Positions 32,464-45,187 of a DNA stretch of 64,000 nt are shown here, piece after piece. The stretch is from Heteronotia binoei (Eukaryota). Where the stretch lies: positions 41,230,001 through 41,294,000 of the forward strand of contig NC_083227.1 of NCBI RefSeq assembly GCF_032191835.1. The letters run 5' to 3'. A program made the translations under genes and the position numbers. Numbering within the stretch: the first letter of the stretch is position 1; every line of letters begins with the position of its first letter. The notes beneath the pieces were generated by a model that was not told the DNA's origin, did no database searches, and saw only the letters and a list, made by a program, of their open reading frames with translations.

Positions 32464-35400
32464 AGGCCTGTAGCCATGAGAGGCCTGCGGGGCAATGCCC
32501 CTTGACTTCTAAGTAGGGCCCCCTGACTCTCATCAGTGGCAGCCTGAGCCAGGAGAGCTCATCAGGACACAGTGTACAGCAGCAGCAAAAGCAGCAGACA
32601 GAGAGGAGGGAGGTGGAGGAACCCATGTGGAATGGGCTGGGGAGGGGGATGGATGGAGTTGCTGGCTGCAAAGTGTTGGGGTGGGGGAGAGGAAGGTGGA
32701 AGGAAACCCCCCTGCTTGCATGCAAGGTGCAGTCTCTTCTTGACTCCAAAGTTTTAGGGTTGGCTGCCTCACCTTGGCCACTTTCAGAGTGTCAGGATTT
32801 GGCCCTAGCCCAGAAGGCTTCTGAGAAACAGCAAGCCCTGCAATGGATGGGAAAGGGGGAAAGGATACTCCACGACTTTTAAAAAAGCTCCCTGACTTTT
32901 AAAATCCTGGCCATGCCCTGCGTTGCTCTCTAGAAGTACCTCTTTTTTAGAAATAGTTCAGGGAGACACGGGGGGGGGGGGGCGGGGACTGTAGGCTCCA
33001 GTCTGCCAAGGAAAATGAGAGCAGGGGGCATCTTGATTGCCTGTGGGTGGTCCTGTGTGTTGCATCTGGCTGGAGCTGGCCCACCATGGAAGGCTGCAAG
33101 TTCTGTCTGTTACAGATGGCTTTGTTTTTTCTTTGTATATTCCAAGGTTTGTCCTGGATCTTCAAGGTAGAGCTGTGGGGGGGGGGGGAGGGTGATGGTG
33201 GAGGTAAATAGGTCCAATTTAAGCACAGCAGAATCTTTCTATGTCCTTCTTCCAAGCTGCTGTCCCCACTGCAGAACTCCTGGAGCATATTCTTATTGGG
33301 CCATTCCCCCCCCCTTTAAAAAAAAATTCAATCAAACTTTAATAAAGGAATAAATACCAAAATATACATATTTTTCTTCGTATACCAAACATTGGCAAAT
33401 ATTTCCCCCCTTTTTTACATAAATGACAAAAGTAGTACTTTCTGCATACCAAGGGATCCCCGGCCTGAGTATGAGGAGCCCCCATAGCGCAGGTGCTCCT
33501 AAAAGGCCCAGGGCCCAGTCCCTCCACTAGTCTATAACAGAAAGGATAGTTCCTGAGTTGCCCTTTAATCCTCTTTCATTTCCTCACTTGTCTTAGAATT
33601 CATTATTTTCTGTTTCCCATTTTGCATTATGATTGCACCCCTTTTCAATACTGAAAACTACTGAGTTCACTGACAAAAAAGCATCACACAGCAGTGTTAA
33701 ACTCAAGACTGCCATCCTGGCTCCTTGCCGCCTTCTTTCCTGAGGAGGAGATAGTGGAGGATCTGGAAGGGGGTCTAGCCATACTGACACTCCCTGGCTC
33801 GAGGGCCCTTCTGACTCAGGGGCTGATGATGATACTGGTGAAGGGTCCCTTCTGGGAGGAGGTTCTGCTTCATAGGGGCCTATCTTGCAGGGAGTGTCTG
33901 CTAGTGTGAGTCTCAGGAACAGGTGATCCTCTGATGATGACTCAGCCTCCCATGTGATTCAGGGCTGCTCATGACAAGGATGGCGGTTCATGTCCACTCA
34001 GGGATGGCTGTGGGGTGATCACAGCCATAATGAGGTGGCTGAGCGGTGAAGGCAATGAAACGCTAATCTACTGTACTCTGTATGCTTGGGTTCCAATCAC
34101 ACACTTGTCATCCCCCTACAGGGACCTGAACCCAGGTCACAAGATTGGCAGCCTGCTATAATGCCTTTATACCATTGGTACTGAGGGTTTTCCCTGTTAG
34201 GATACAGTCTTGAAAGCTCCAGTCCCATGTCCAGGAGCCTGGGAAGTCTCATCACTGTCACAGATCTCCATCCTGAAAGGCGCCCATTCCAGAAGTGTCA
34301 GCTTCTCTGTAACCACTGCCACTAACAAAATCTGGAAGACCACCTCCAGCTAAAAGGATTCATACCTCTAGGATTCCTTACTGTGCTGCCATTTAAAGGG
34401 CCCACATAGCTTCTGTGCTACCTACTTTGCTAGGGTTGCCAGCTCTGGGTTGGGAAGGAGAGAGAAGGTCTGTGACTTGACTGAGGGAACTGCTGATTTT
34501 GTTGCAGGCCCAAGTCAGAGAAGAAAAAGCTTCAAGAGCAGTAGCTGCAGGAACCCTTGAAGAGCACACAGGGAAAGAAGGAGCCCTGCACTTCTTTAAC
34601 ACTTTGGACCAGCTGCTTTCTTGGTGTTACTGGGCTGCAGTTGTTAGAACTTGCCTTTGTTCTGACTTCTGAGTGCCCTTTCTGGAGGGTATTTACTGAA
34701 GATCCTGCCTCTGCAGATGTTGCTATGTTCTTAGCTTGGGTTACCATTTCTAGGGTGGGAAATTCATGGAGATTTTGTGGGTGGGGTCTAAAGAGAGTGA
34801 GATTTGAGGAGGGGAGGTAGCTCAGCAGAGCATAATACCACAGAGCCCCCACCTTCCAAAGCAGCCATTTTCTCCAGGGGAACTGATCTCTGTAGTCTGG
34901 AGATCAGCTGAAATCCCAGCTCTCCAAGCGCCACCTGAAGGTTGGCAGCCCATTCCTAGCAATTATGATTCACTTATTCCTGTGGCTGTAGAGGTGTTGG
35001 GTTTATGATGTTTGTTACCCTGAAAACTGTTTATACCTCGAATGCTTTCTTTTTGAAGCAATTTCATAATTACTTGTCAAGCCAAAAAGGTGCTGTTATT
35101 TATTTATTTGAACCTCCCCCCCCCCATTAGGAAAAGGATAATTTAAGAGAGGGATCTATGTAACTACAGTTCTACTGGGTCACACAGGCATCAGGCTAAA
35201 CAAGGATTAAAAGAAATGGTGAAAACTTGGAGTCCTATTAACCCTCTATCAATGCTATGCTAAACAATGTTGAATTAGATCCCAATAGGCAGTGGTGTTG
35301 GTCTGAAGCAAGAGAACAAAGCAGTAGACAAGTGCACCTTTAAGACCAATTAAGTTTTATTCAGAATGTAAGCTTTCGTATGCTCTTAAGCAGACTTCAT

Positions 35401-36738
35401 CAGACAAAATGGGAATGGCAAGCAGCAGTTCTTAATATAAGTGGGCAGTGTGGAATCATGGGAACGTTTTTAGCAGATTAAAAGAATCACAAATAGGGAT
35501 CTGTGTTTGTTAGTGTTAGAACAAAGCAGGGCTGAAACAAGAATTGCAGCTTGCCATTCCCATTTTGTCTGATGAAGTCTGCTTAAGAGCATACGAAAGC
35601 TTGCATTCTGAATAAAATTTAGTCGGTCTTATAGGTGCACTTGTCTTCTGCTTTGTTCTAATGTTGAATTAGGATAGGCTAGTACCTCTTGAAGTTGCAG
35701 TCCTTCATGACGTTGGTTCTTGGGGTCTGGGACTTCTCCCCATTGTTCTGCAACATATGGTCAGGATGGAGTTTCCTTGTGAAGGCTTTTTCTTCCATAG
35801 TTTTTGCCAGCAACTCATAGGCAGGAGAAAAGGGAGAGCTCCTTCCTTCTGTCCAGAGAATTTATAATCTTGCCCTCTAGGGTCATTCTCAATCTTTCCA
35901 TCCCAAAGGGAAGCATAACAGCCCAGCCTTCTTGCTTTCCAGTCTCTGCCCCTTAGGTGTGACGACTTAGCTGAGGTGTCAGATGGTAAATCTTTTTTCT
36001 AACTTCAGCCAGAGCCATTTACAATTCTGAGCACTGATGAGTTTGGGCACTGCTAACTCATCCCATGGCACTGCTAACCCATCCCATGGCACCCTTGCAG
36101 CAGAGCCCTTGTAACGTGGATACAGTATAAATCCAGTTACTGAAATATAAATGCAACCTATAGGGTGGAGGGTATTTCTCCACCCACCCCAAAGGGCAAA
36201 TTTCTTGGAAAGGGCCTTGGAAAAATTACTTCAGGAAGCCAGCAGATGGAGAAAAGGGGGATTGTCCAGTTCCTGGCAGATCTCTGTCTGCTGAGGGAAC
36301 ATAGCCTAGAGCGCTTTTGCTTGCTGTGTAGTGTTTTATCCTGTGTGGCACAGCTGGACAGAGCTGGACTGCTTACAGACATGAGGTTGTGGGTAGAGAA
36401 TGTGGAGCTGTAACATTTATTTAAAAACATCGCTGGCAGGAAAGAATGGCCATTTCCCCCAGTCTCTGTGATTTGCCTATGATTGGCTTTTAACAGCAAT
36501 GGAATGGCCTTGACAGATTGCTGGTTGTTTTCTTCTCCTCATTCTGAGCCAAGGCAAGATGGAAAAAATCCAAGAACTTTGTCAGCAGAGAATGACTCTG
36601 ATCTATCGACCTCTGTAAGACTGGCCCAGCACACATCCACTACTCTGTTGCTGATCAGTGGCAGAAACACTTTGGCACAGCTCCTGCATCTTTTTGTCCT
36701 CTAGCCCTTGTCCATTGTTGCTCAGCCAGAGCAAGCAG

Positions 36739-36812
36739 GTCCCTGTGGCGCAATCGGTCAGCGCATCCGGCTGTTAACCGGAAGGATGGTGGTTCGAGCC
36801 CACCTGGGGACG
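36739..36812 (+). tRNA. tRNA-Asn(GTT), copy 2 (intact D stem; two adjacent G-U pairs in the acceptor stem)
   Basis: gtccctgtggcgcaatcggtcagcgcatccggctgttaaccggaaggatggtggttcgagcccacctggggacg. Confidence 0.88.
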
Positions 36813-36834
36813 TCTGTGGACTGGCCACGCCCTA

Positions 36835-36916
36835 GACGAGGTGGCCGAGTGGTCAAGGCGATGGACTGCTAATCCATTGTGCTCTGCACGCGTGGGTTCG
36901 AATCCCACCCTCGTCG
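36835..36916 (+). tRNA. tRNA-Ser(GCT), copy 2, canonical
   Basis: gacgaggtggccgagtggtcaaggcgatggactgctaatccattgtgctctgcacgcgtgggttcgaatcccaccctcgtcg, followed by gctattttt. Confidence 0.93.
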
Positions 36917-38487
36917 GCTATTTTTGCCATAGGCTAAGACAGCCTTGGCTCTCACTGGCAATAGTTTCAAAAGAGGAGGCAGAGAAGCACCCACTGGAAC
37001 TTGAACCCACAATCAGAGAGTGGTAGCCTCGCATGATGCCCCTACATCACTGGTGCAGGCCTGTAGCCATGAGAGGCCTGCGGGGCAATGCCCCTTGACT
37101 TCTAAGTAGGGCCCCCTGACTCTCATCAGTGGCAGCCTGAGCCAGGAGAGCTCATCAGGACACAGTGTACAGCAGCAGCAAAAGCAGCAGACAGAGAGGA
37201 GGGAGGTGGAGGAACCCATGTGGAATGGGCTGGGGAGGGGGATGGATGGAGTTGCTGGCTGCAAAGTGTTGGGGTGGGGGAGAGGAAGGTGGAAGGAAAC
37301 CCCCCTGCTTGCATGCAAGGTGCAGTCTCTTCTTGACTCCATAGTTTTAGGGTTGGCTGCCTCACCTTGGCCACTTTCAGAGTGTCAGGATTTGGCCCTA
37401 GCCCAGAAGGCTTCTGAGAAACAGCAAGCCCTGCAATGGATGGGAAAGGGGGAAAGGATACTCCACGACTTTTAAAAAAGCTCCCTGACTTTTAAAATCC
37501 TGGCCATGCCCTGCGTTGCTCTCTAGAAGTACCTCTTTTTTAGAAATAGTTCAGGGAGACACGGGGGGGGGGGGCGGGGACTGTAGGCTCCAGTCTGCCA
37601 AGGAAAATGAGAGCAGGGGGCATCTTGATTGCCTGTGGGTGGTCCTGTGTGTTGCATCTGGCTGGAGCTGGCCCACCATGGAAGGCTGCAAGTTCTGTCT
37701 GTTACAGATGGCTTTGTTTTTTCTTTGTATATTCCAAGGTTTGTCCTGGATCTTCAAGGTAGAGTTGTGGGGGGGGGGGGGGTGATGGTGGAGGTAAATA
37801 GGTCCAATTTAAGCACAGCATAATCTTTCTATGTCCTTCTTCCAAGCTGCTGTCCCCACTGCAGAACTCCTGGAGCATATTCTTATTGGGCCATTCCCCC
37901 CCCCCCTTTAAAAAAAAATTCAATCAAACTTTAATAAAGGAATAAATACCAAAATATACATATTTTTCTTCGTATACCAAACATTGGCAAATATTTCCCC
38001 CCTTTTTTACATAAATGACAAAAGTAGTGCTTTCTGCATACCAAGGGATCCCCGGCCTGAGTATGAGGAGCCCCCATAGCGCAGGTGCTCCTAAAAGGCC
38101 CAGGGCCCAGTCCCTCCACTAGTCTATAACAGAAAGGATAGTTCCTGAGTTGCCCTTTAATCCTCTTTCATTTCCTCACTTGTCTTAGAATTCATTATTT
38201 TCTGTTTCCCATTTTGCATTATGATTGCACCCCTTTTCAATACTGAAAACTACTGAGTTCACTGACAAAAAAGCATCACACAGCAGTGTTAAACTCATTG
38301 AAACTGATGAGTTAAACATACGTTGATGCATCTCCCATTACAGATCAATGGGACTGAAAAGCATTTATTTTGGGATGGATTGCCCCTTCAGCATCCTTTA
38401 ATTACCCTGTCTTGGCCCTTTGTCTCCCAGCCATGATCAACCTCCTGAAAATTTGGCAAGGCCCAGCTGCATCATCCTAGCAAGCAA

Positions 38488-38647
38488 GTCTCTGTGGTGC
38501 AACTGGTTAGCACATTTGGCTGTTAACCTGAAGGATAGTGGTTCCAGCCCAGCCAGGGATGTCTGTGGATAGGCCAAACCTTTGATGAGGCGGCTGACTG
38601 GTCAAGGCAATGCTCTGCGTGTATTGGTTTGAATCTCACTTTCATTG
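38488..38647 (+). pseudogene. Older decayed tRNA-Asn (38488-38561) plus tRNA-Ser (38584-38647) pair
   Basis: Homologous to the intact pairs, with many CpG transitions; the Ser copy has lost its anticodon arm; same 22-nt spacer starting tctgtgga; T-run afterwards. Confidence 0.8.
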
Positions 38648-39188
38648 GCCCTTTTTGCCTCTCACTGGCACCTCTTGAAGTGCCAAAGGCTGTTATGCCA
38701 ATAAAGGTTTTTGGAAATGGAATTAGCAAAGGCACCAAAAGAGGCAAAGATGGAGCAAGCAGGACTTGAACTCAGGTCGCACGATCGGCAACCCCACATG
38801 ATGCCTCTACTTCACTGGCACAGGTACTGAGGGTTTCTTGCCTTGCTGTTTCTTTCCTGGAAAGAGCCTTAGAAGCATTTCTTCAGGGAAGCAGCAGAGA
38901 GAGGGAGAGGAGGACTGCCTGGTTCTGTCAGAAGAATATAAGGGTGGTCTTACATGGCACATCTAGCATTTGCTGGGCCAGCATGCCAGACTGTGGGCAG
39001 GACACAGAGTGAAAGAGGACTATATCATTAGGGGAAACAACTGACAATGGGAAAGGATGGCCGTTTTTCCAGCTCTCTGTCACTCAGCTATTGGTTGCTT
39101 TAAACTGCCTATGTCCCTTAGGGAAAGCCTGTGATGGGAAGGCAGGGAGGAAAAATTGTAAGGACAGAAAAGCAAATGCACACTTGCC

Positions 39189-39260
39189 TAGCAGAGGATG
39201 TTTTTGATCCACTGACCTCTGGGTTATGGGCCTACCACACTTCCACTGTGCCACTCTGCT
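39189..39260 (-). pseudogene. Initiator tRNA-Met pseudogene
   Basis: Minus strand agcagagtggcacagtggaagtgtggtaggcccataacccagaggtcagtggatcaaaaacatcctctgcta; iMet body with broken anticodon and T stems. Confidence 0.85.
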
Positions 39261-42251
39261 GGCCAGCTGAAAGCCTGTGTCACTCCTGAGGTGCTCTATC
39301 CCCTAGCCATGCCTGGCCTCTGTAAAGGCAACTTAGGGGATATATGAGGCCTGACAGAGCTCCTCAGCTCTGGGTGGGTAGTGTGTTGTTCTGCATGGCA
39401 TAGCTAGCTTGGGCTGGCCTATTTCAGGATGGAGGGGTCACTTTTACTGATGTTATTTCTGTGTATATTTCATGGCAAGAGAGAAGGCAGCAGAGTACAG
39501 CCTGATCTCATCAGATCTCAGAAGCTAGGCAGGGTCAGTACATGGAAGAGAGACCACCAAGAAGGGCTGCAGAAGAAGGTACTGGCAAACCACCTCTGCT
39601 TTCCAGTTGCCTTGAAAATCCCTTGCTGGGGTCACCATAAGTCAGCTGCAACTTGGTGGCGCTTCATACACCCACACATCATCAAGAATCCATCCCCGAG
39701 TCACCACTCCTTTCGCTAAAGAGCAGTGCCCAGACCTGTGGGTCCTCAAGGATATGTACACACAAGGGGGTCTGTTACAGGGCACCTGCTTGGCATGCAG
39801 AAGGTCCTAGGTTCAGTCCCCCACCTCTCCAGTTAAAAGAGCCAGAGTCTCAGGCAGTAGAAGACCGCTGCCTGAAACTCTGGAGACTCAGTGCCAGTCT
39901 GAGTAGACAGTACTGACTCTGATGGGCCCATGGTCCGATTCAGCATAAGGAAGTTTCATGTGTTCATGTGTACTTTTTGCCTAACTGAATGAGACACTGT
40001 CATACATTTGGCTGATCGTAACTGGTAACCTGGGTGTACAGACACATTTCTAATTTTTATTTTTAATCATTTAGTTACATCACAACTCCTAGAAATATAT
40101 AAATAGTACATAAAACATAAACAAAGGAAATTATCTAGAACAGAAGTCTTTCATGTTGATAGCTGTCTCCATTTTCTGCCTGTTTCCACTCTGTCACCCT
40201 TTTCTCCTAGTGTATTGTCATGTACACCTTTTAATACCAGTGTACCATCTTTGCAACAGAAGTGGTACTATTCAGAGTATTAAGTTTGTTTTGGAGTATT
40301 CCCTGTTTTTGTCTCAGCTGCTCCTGTATTTCCGAAGGCACACCACAAGGGGAGCAAATTACTTTTGGTCTTTTTTTGTGTGTGGGGGGGGTATGTTGTT
40401 TAAAAACTGCATTTAGAACACATTCATTCGTCTGAATCAGTGGATTTGCATTTTGAAATTCATAAAAAAGTCATTATTACTGAAGTAACTATAGTGAAAG
40501 CAGTAACATTCACCAAATCTTGTGGCTCTGTGGATCTCTCCAACAAGAAAAAAACCCTGACTTTACAGGATTACAGGGAACCATGTGAGGCCATTGAATA
40601 ATGGAAAATGCCTGGCAGAATCCAAACAAGAAAAAGTGGTTACCCTGTGACAAGAACAATTACTCCACATGTGACTGTAACAGCATGTGTCTTGCATGCA
40701 TGAACTCAGTACACTCACATGACCAGAAGAAGTGTTTTCCTCTATGAGATCAGTGGACAACCTAATCCAGCATTCTGTTTTATACGGTGGTCAACGTAGG
40801 TGCCTTGGAAGGCCACCAAAACAGCACAGAGGCCAAAGCCTTCCCCCTGATGCTGCCTTTTAACACTAGGTTTCAGAAGTTTACTTGATTTGCATGTATC
40901 TCTTTCAATATTCCCTCTAAGCTGCAGAATCTTGTGAGCAACGATTCTACTTTGTGAGCTACTGGTATTAAAGTTGTGAGCTACAGCATAAAATATTGTG
41001 CTCTGGGGTCATCCTTCCTGAGCTAAGACAAAAATGTGTGAGCTGGAGGCTAAAAATCTGTGAGCCAGCTCAATCTTAGAGGGAACACTGGTCTCTTTAT
41101 TTTTCATGGTTTGAAATCATGGGTGGATCTATCCTCCATGGATCTGCAACCCCTTTTAAAGCCCTCTGTGCTTGTTGCGACCATCATAATGTCCCCTGGC
41201 AGTGAATTTCGCAATTTAATTACTCATTGAGTACACAAACATTTTTTCTTGTCCATCCTGAACCAATTGCCCATCAATTTCACTGGGATCCTCCAAGTTC
41301 TTGGATTATGGGAGAGGAAGAAAAATCTTCACTCTACCCACATTCTGTACCCTATGTATAATTTCATAAATATGAACATATATATATATATGAACATATG
41401 AAGCTGCCTTATACTGAATCAGACCCTTGGTCCATCAAAGTCAGTATTGTCTTCTCAGACTGGCAGCGGCTCTCCAGGGTCTCAAGCTGAGGTTTTCACA
41501 CCTATTTGCCTGGACCCTTTTTTGGAGATAAATCTGCAACATGTTTCCACTTAGCTTTTTTCAAAACTGAAAAGCCCTGTATTCTTTAGCTTTATTTCAT
41601 GAAAAAGGCAGTCCAATCCCTTCATCACCTTGATTGACCTCTTCTGACCTAACCAGAATCTTATGCAATACTGCAAACCCAGACTGCACCATAAATATAT
41701 GCAGGAACAGTATAACATTGGCCATTTTCAGTCCACCAAATACATACTACTTTTTTTCCAATGTGGCTGCATACTAAATTGGCATTTTCATCAAACTGTC
41801 CACTATAACTCAAAGATACTCTAGTTCGTTTTAGACCTGAGTGTAATAAATAAAATGTACCTGAAAGGAAGACTAGTTTTTTCCTCTGAAGTTGTTAATT
41901 CCCATACAAGTTACAATTATGTACAATACTTTTTGTTAAAATGACATATCTTGCATTCAGGGTTGTCTTCCTTTCAAGTAAATTCAGTAGGCTACTCTCA
42001 CTCCCAAGAGCAGCAGTTCTACCTTGACAGAATTAGCACACACACAATAACAAAGGCCATTTTAATTTTCCTATGATCACCTCTGATTTACTGAAACAAG
42101 TAGGGATCCAAATGCTTGCAAAGGTTTTCAGACATGGTGAAAACAAATGCTACTTTCATTGGCATCAAACTTCCTGTTCCCTGAGCCTCAGTCTGAACCA
42201 TATATCTAACCCAAGCAACCTCTAGCAGCTGAATCAAGTTGGGGGGCAGAA

Positions 42252-44149
42252 TCAGGGGCTCATTTCTCTCTTGACCCCCAGCGATGGCCACAGTCCTGCT
42301 ATGACATTGGTCTGCACAGCTTTCCCAACCAGTTTGGCTTCAATAGCCTTAATGTCATTGCAATGCTGCACCAACTGGGCCTCGGTATTCTGGGAAGTGA
42401 ACTCCAAATCCGAGATCCGGTGCTGAACATCATCATTGCTGCCGGAGAAGTTCCTCAGGGCATTCTGGATGTCAGCCACTGTGGGGTGCAGTCTGGAGAC
42501 CAGAGATTTAATTTCCGCTGTGTCTGCAGCTACCTGCTGCAGTACTGCCATTAGCTGTGCCACAGTAGGCTCAGCAGCCATTTTGTCTAGAAGGAAAGAG
42601 GAAGGAGCTCTTGGCCAAGGTTCCGCTTCCCTGATGTCTGAGGAGGAAGCTGCCTCTATGGTGGTTCTGTGCTCCTCTGTTGCTGTCTGAAGAGTTTCAT
42701 GGGAATGGGCATTAATATTTACAGAACTGTGTTTCCTCAGGCCCATTTCCTGCTCAGGAAACCTGCTTTCCCATCTTCTGGAGGCCCACCAGTTCCAATT
42801 CAGATGTTTATGTAGCCTCCCTCCTGGGGAGATCCTCCACTGAGTCCCCAAGACAGATCTGACAGGCATATTTCTCCTACTACAAGGTTTTCTTTTTTTG
42901 TCAAACCTTCTCTGTTTTGTCAAAACTGAGAGACTGCCGGAATTTCCCCCAGAATCAGAGCAGGTGGGCTGTGTAGTAGAAGCTAGACTCTGGATGAACT
43001 GTCTCTTATGACTGGGGCCTTCACACAGATCATTTCCTTGGCTGCTTTTCTGACAACTGTTGTGTTCTGAAGATTCCTCTGGATTGGGGCCTGCAGGCTG
43101 GAGCTCTGATGTCAGTTGAGAACGTAAGAGAGGTTGGTCTTCGGTCAGTTCTGGTAAACCATTTTCAGAAAGAACAGATTTCGCTTCTCCTCCTTCTGTC
43201 CCCGGACTACTGATCTCCTCATGGCTACTGATGGTCTCCTGATTCATTGAAGCTTCAGTCCCATTCACACCTTCCTCAGAGTAAGCCTCATTTGGTTCAT
43301 TGACTGAGTAAACGTGTACTGACTCAGGCTTAGAATCTTTCTCAGGACTTTGGAAAATTTCTTCTTCTGATATAAACAATGATCCCTCAGGTAAGGCTGC
43401 ACATTCCAAGTCATCCTGCATAGTGATATTCTGATCATGGAGAAATGTTAAGGATTTATCTTGGTCCCCACTATCAATAGCCATGTGGAAAGTCTCCTGC
43501 CTTGGCCTACTGTCTTGATGGTCCCTCAAGGCTTTTCTAAAAGGAACTGAATTTTCTTCCACTCTAGGGTTGTTTGACTCCACATCCTTCTGGCCCTCCT
43601 TGATTAAAGTTTCCTCTGGATTCTGAGAAGTGAACTCCAAATCTGAGATCTGGTGCTTAACATCATTGGTGCTGCCAGAGAGGTTCCTCAGGGCATTCTG
43701 GATGTCAGCCATTGTGGGGTGCAGCCTGGAGACCGCAGATTTAATTTCCGCTGCATTTGCAGAATTTTCTTCTCGGAGGATTTTCTTCTCTGAGGACTCC
43801 TGCAACTCCCCAGATAATACTGCGGGTTCAGCAACTTCCTCTCTGGGGCTTTTCCTACAAGTAACAATTGCGGATGAGTCTTCTCCTTTTCTACAACCAC
43901 AGCATACACTCACAGTCTCCAGACCTAGTTCATCATCTATGGTTATTTCCTCCAAATCACTGAGGAAAAGAATGGCATCTTCTTTTTCCACTGAACTGCT
44001 CTTTGGCTGCCTTTCCAGATGAGCCTCCCTAATCAAATCTTGCTCAACATCCCAGGAAATCTCCTTGCTGGATTTTTTCAGCAGCTCCACTGTAGGTTCA
44101 GAAGCTTCCTGCCAGGGGTCCTTTCCTGTCTTGCTCCCTGTCCCTGCAT
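42252..44149 (-). CDS. FLYWCH-SCAN-KRAB gene, last coding exon: acidic low-complexity region with two coiled-coil repeats, no C2H2 fingers
   Basis: Acceptor cctctttgcttcaacag (AG at 44151-44150), phase 1, matching the KRAB exon; 1898 nt open to TGA; candidate poly(A) signals ATTAAA (42061-42066) and AATAAA (41591-41596) on the minus strand. Confidence 0.8.
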
Positions 44150-45187
44150 CTGTTGAAGCAAAGAGGTGGAAAGTCAGCTTATTCCCCCAGTAATGCAATA
44201 AAGCCCTTCATTTGCTGATAAGACCATTTAACACTATTTGTTATATGTATCATTGTATATGTATCATCATGAAATGCCTTGGACCCCAGGCAACGGAAAA
44301 TATGTTTATAAGAATAAAAGCACCCATCAGGTTTAGAATGTGTTTCGTTCTATTGGCAATTATACCTTATTTTTGTCATTCTACTATAGGTATGTAGATA
44401 CTCCTGAACTTTATCCTCACAATAAGTTTATGAGGTAGGCTAAACCAAAAGATAAATAGGCCAAAGGTCAACCAATGAGCTCCATGGCTTAGGGAGAGGC
44501 AGGGCTTTTTTTGTAGCAGGAACTCCTTTGCATATTAGACCACACCCCTCTTATGTAGTCAATCCTCCAAGAGCTTATAGGGCTCTTAGTACAGGGCCTG
44601 CTCTAAGCTCTTGGAGGACTGGCTACATCAGGGGTGCGTGGCCTAATATGCAAAGAAGTTCCTGCTACAACAAAAAAGTCTTGGGGAGAGGGATTTTCTT
44701 TCATGGAATTCCAAGTGGTATGCAGAGGGAACCCTGGCAATTTTCCACCCAGGTACAGGCCATAAACAGAGTTACAGTCAGGCCAAGCAACAGTGACTGT
44801 CTTTGTGCCACTCAGAAAACTTCACTGGTAAAACAGAGATTAACACTGACACCTAAGGTGGCCAAATCACTGGAGAAAAATGTCCTGCCCCTTTAGTAGA
44901 GGCTTAATGGGATGTTATTTACCTCTGTCCCAATTTTAAAAAAACTTTTGGTTTTCCATTTCCTCACATTAAACCTCATTATACATACAGGACATCTTTT
45001 CCCCAGGCCTGTTGGCAACCCTATTACCACACCTGCCCATGCACCTATCTTCTGGAGTGGTCATGTTGGTCAGCTTGTTGTTGAAAGGGCTCAATAGGCC
45101 CTGAAAGATAGGGACAGCATTTCTTGTTGTTTGCACAGAACCCTAACCACACAGCAGGATTTTCTAGGAACCAAGAGGGACCCTTAC

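Larger units (their letters stand above)
29136..38297. repeat. Head-to-tail tandem duplication (unit 1 29136-33701, unit 2 33702-38297)
   Basis: Collinear copies offset by 4566-4593 bp, roughly 99% identical by eye; junction has 4-bp microhomology CTCA; unit 2 has extra 7-bp and 21-bp local duplications. Confidence 0.95.

Noticed and set aside
44150-44198. MHYWGNKLTFHLFAST start of the 648-aa ORF as an independent gene
   Set aside because: This is the polypyrimidine tract and acceptor of the intron; phase fits splicing from the KRAB exon.
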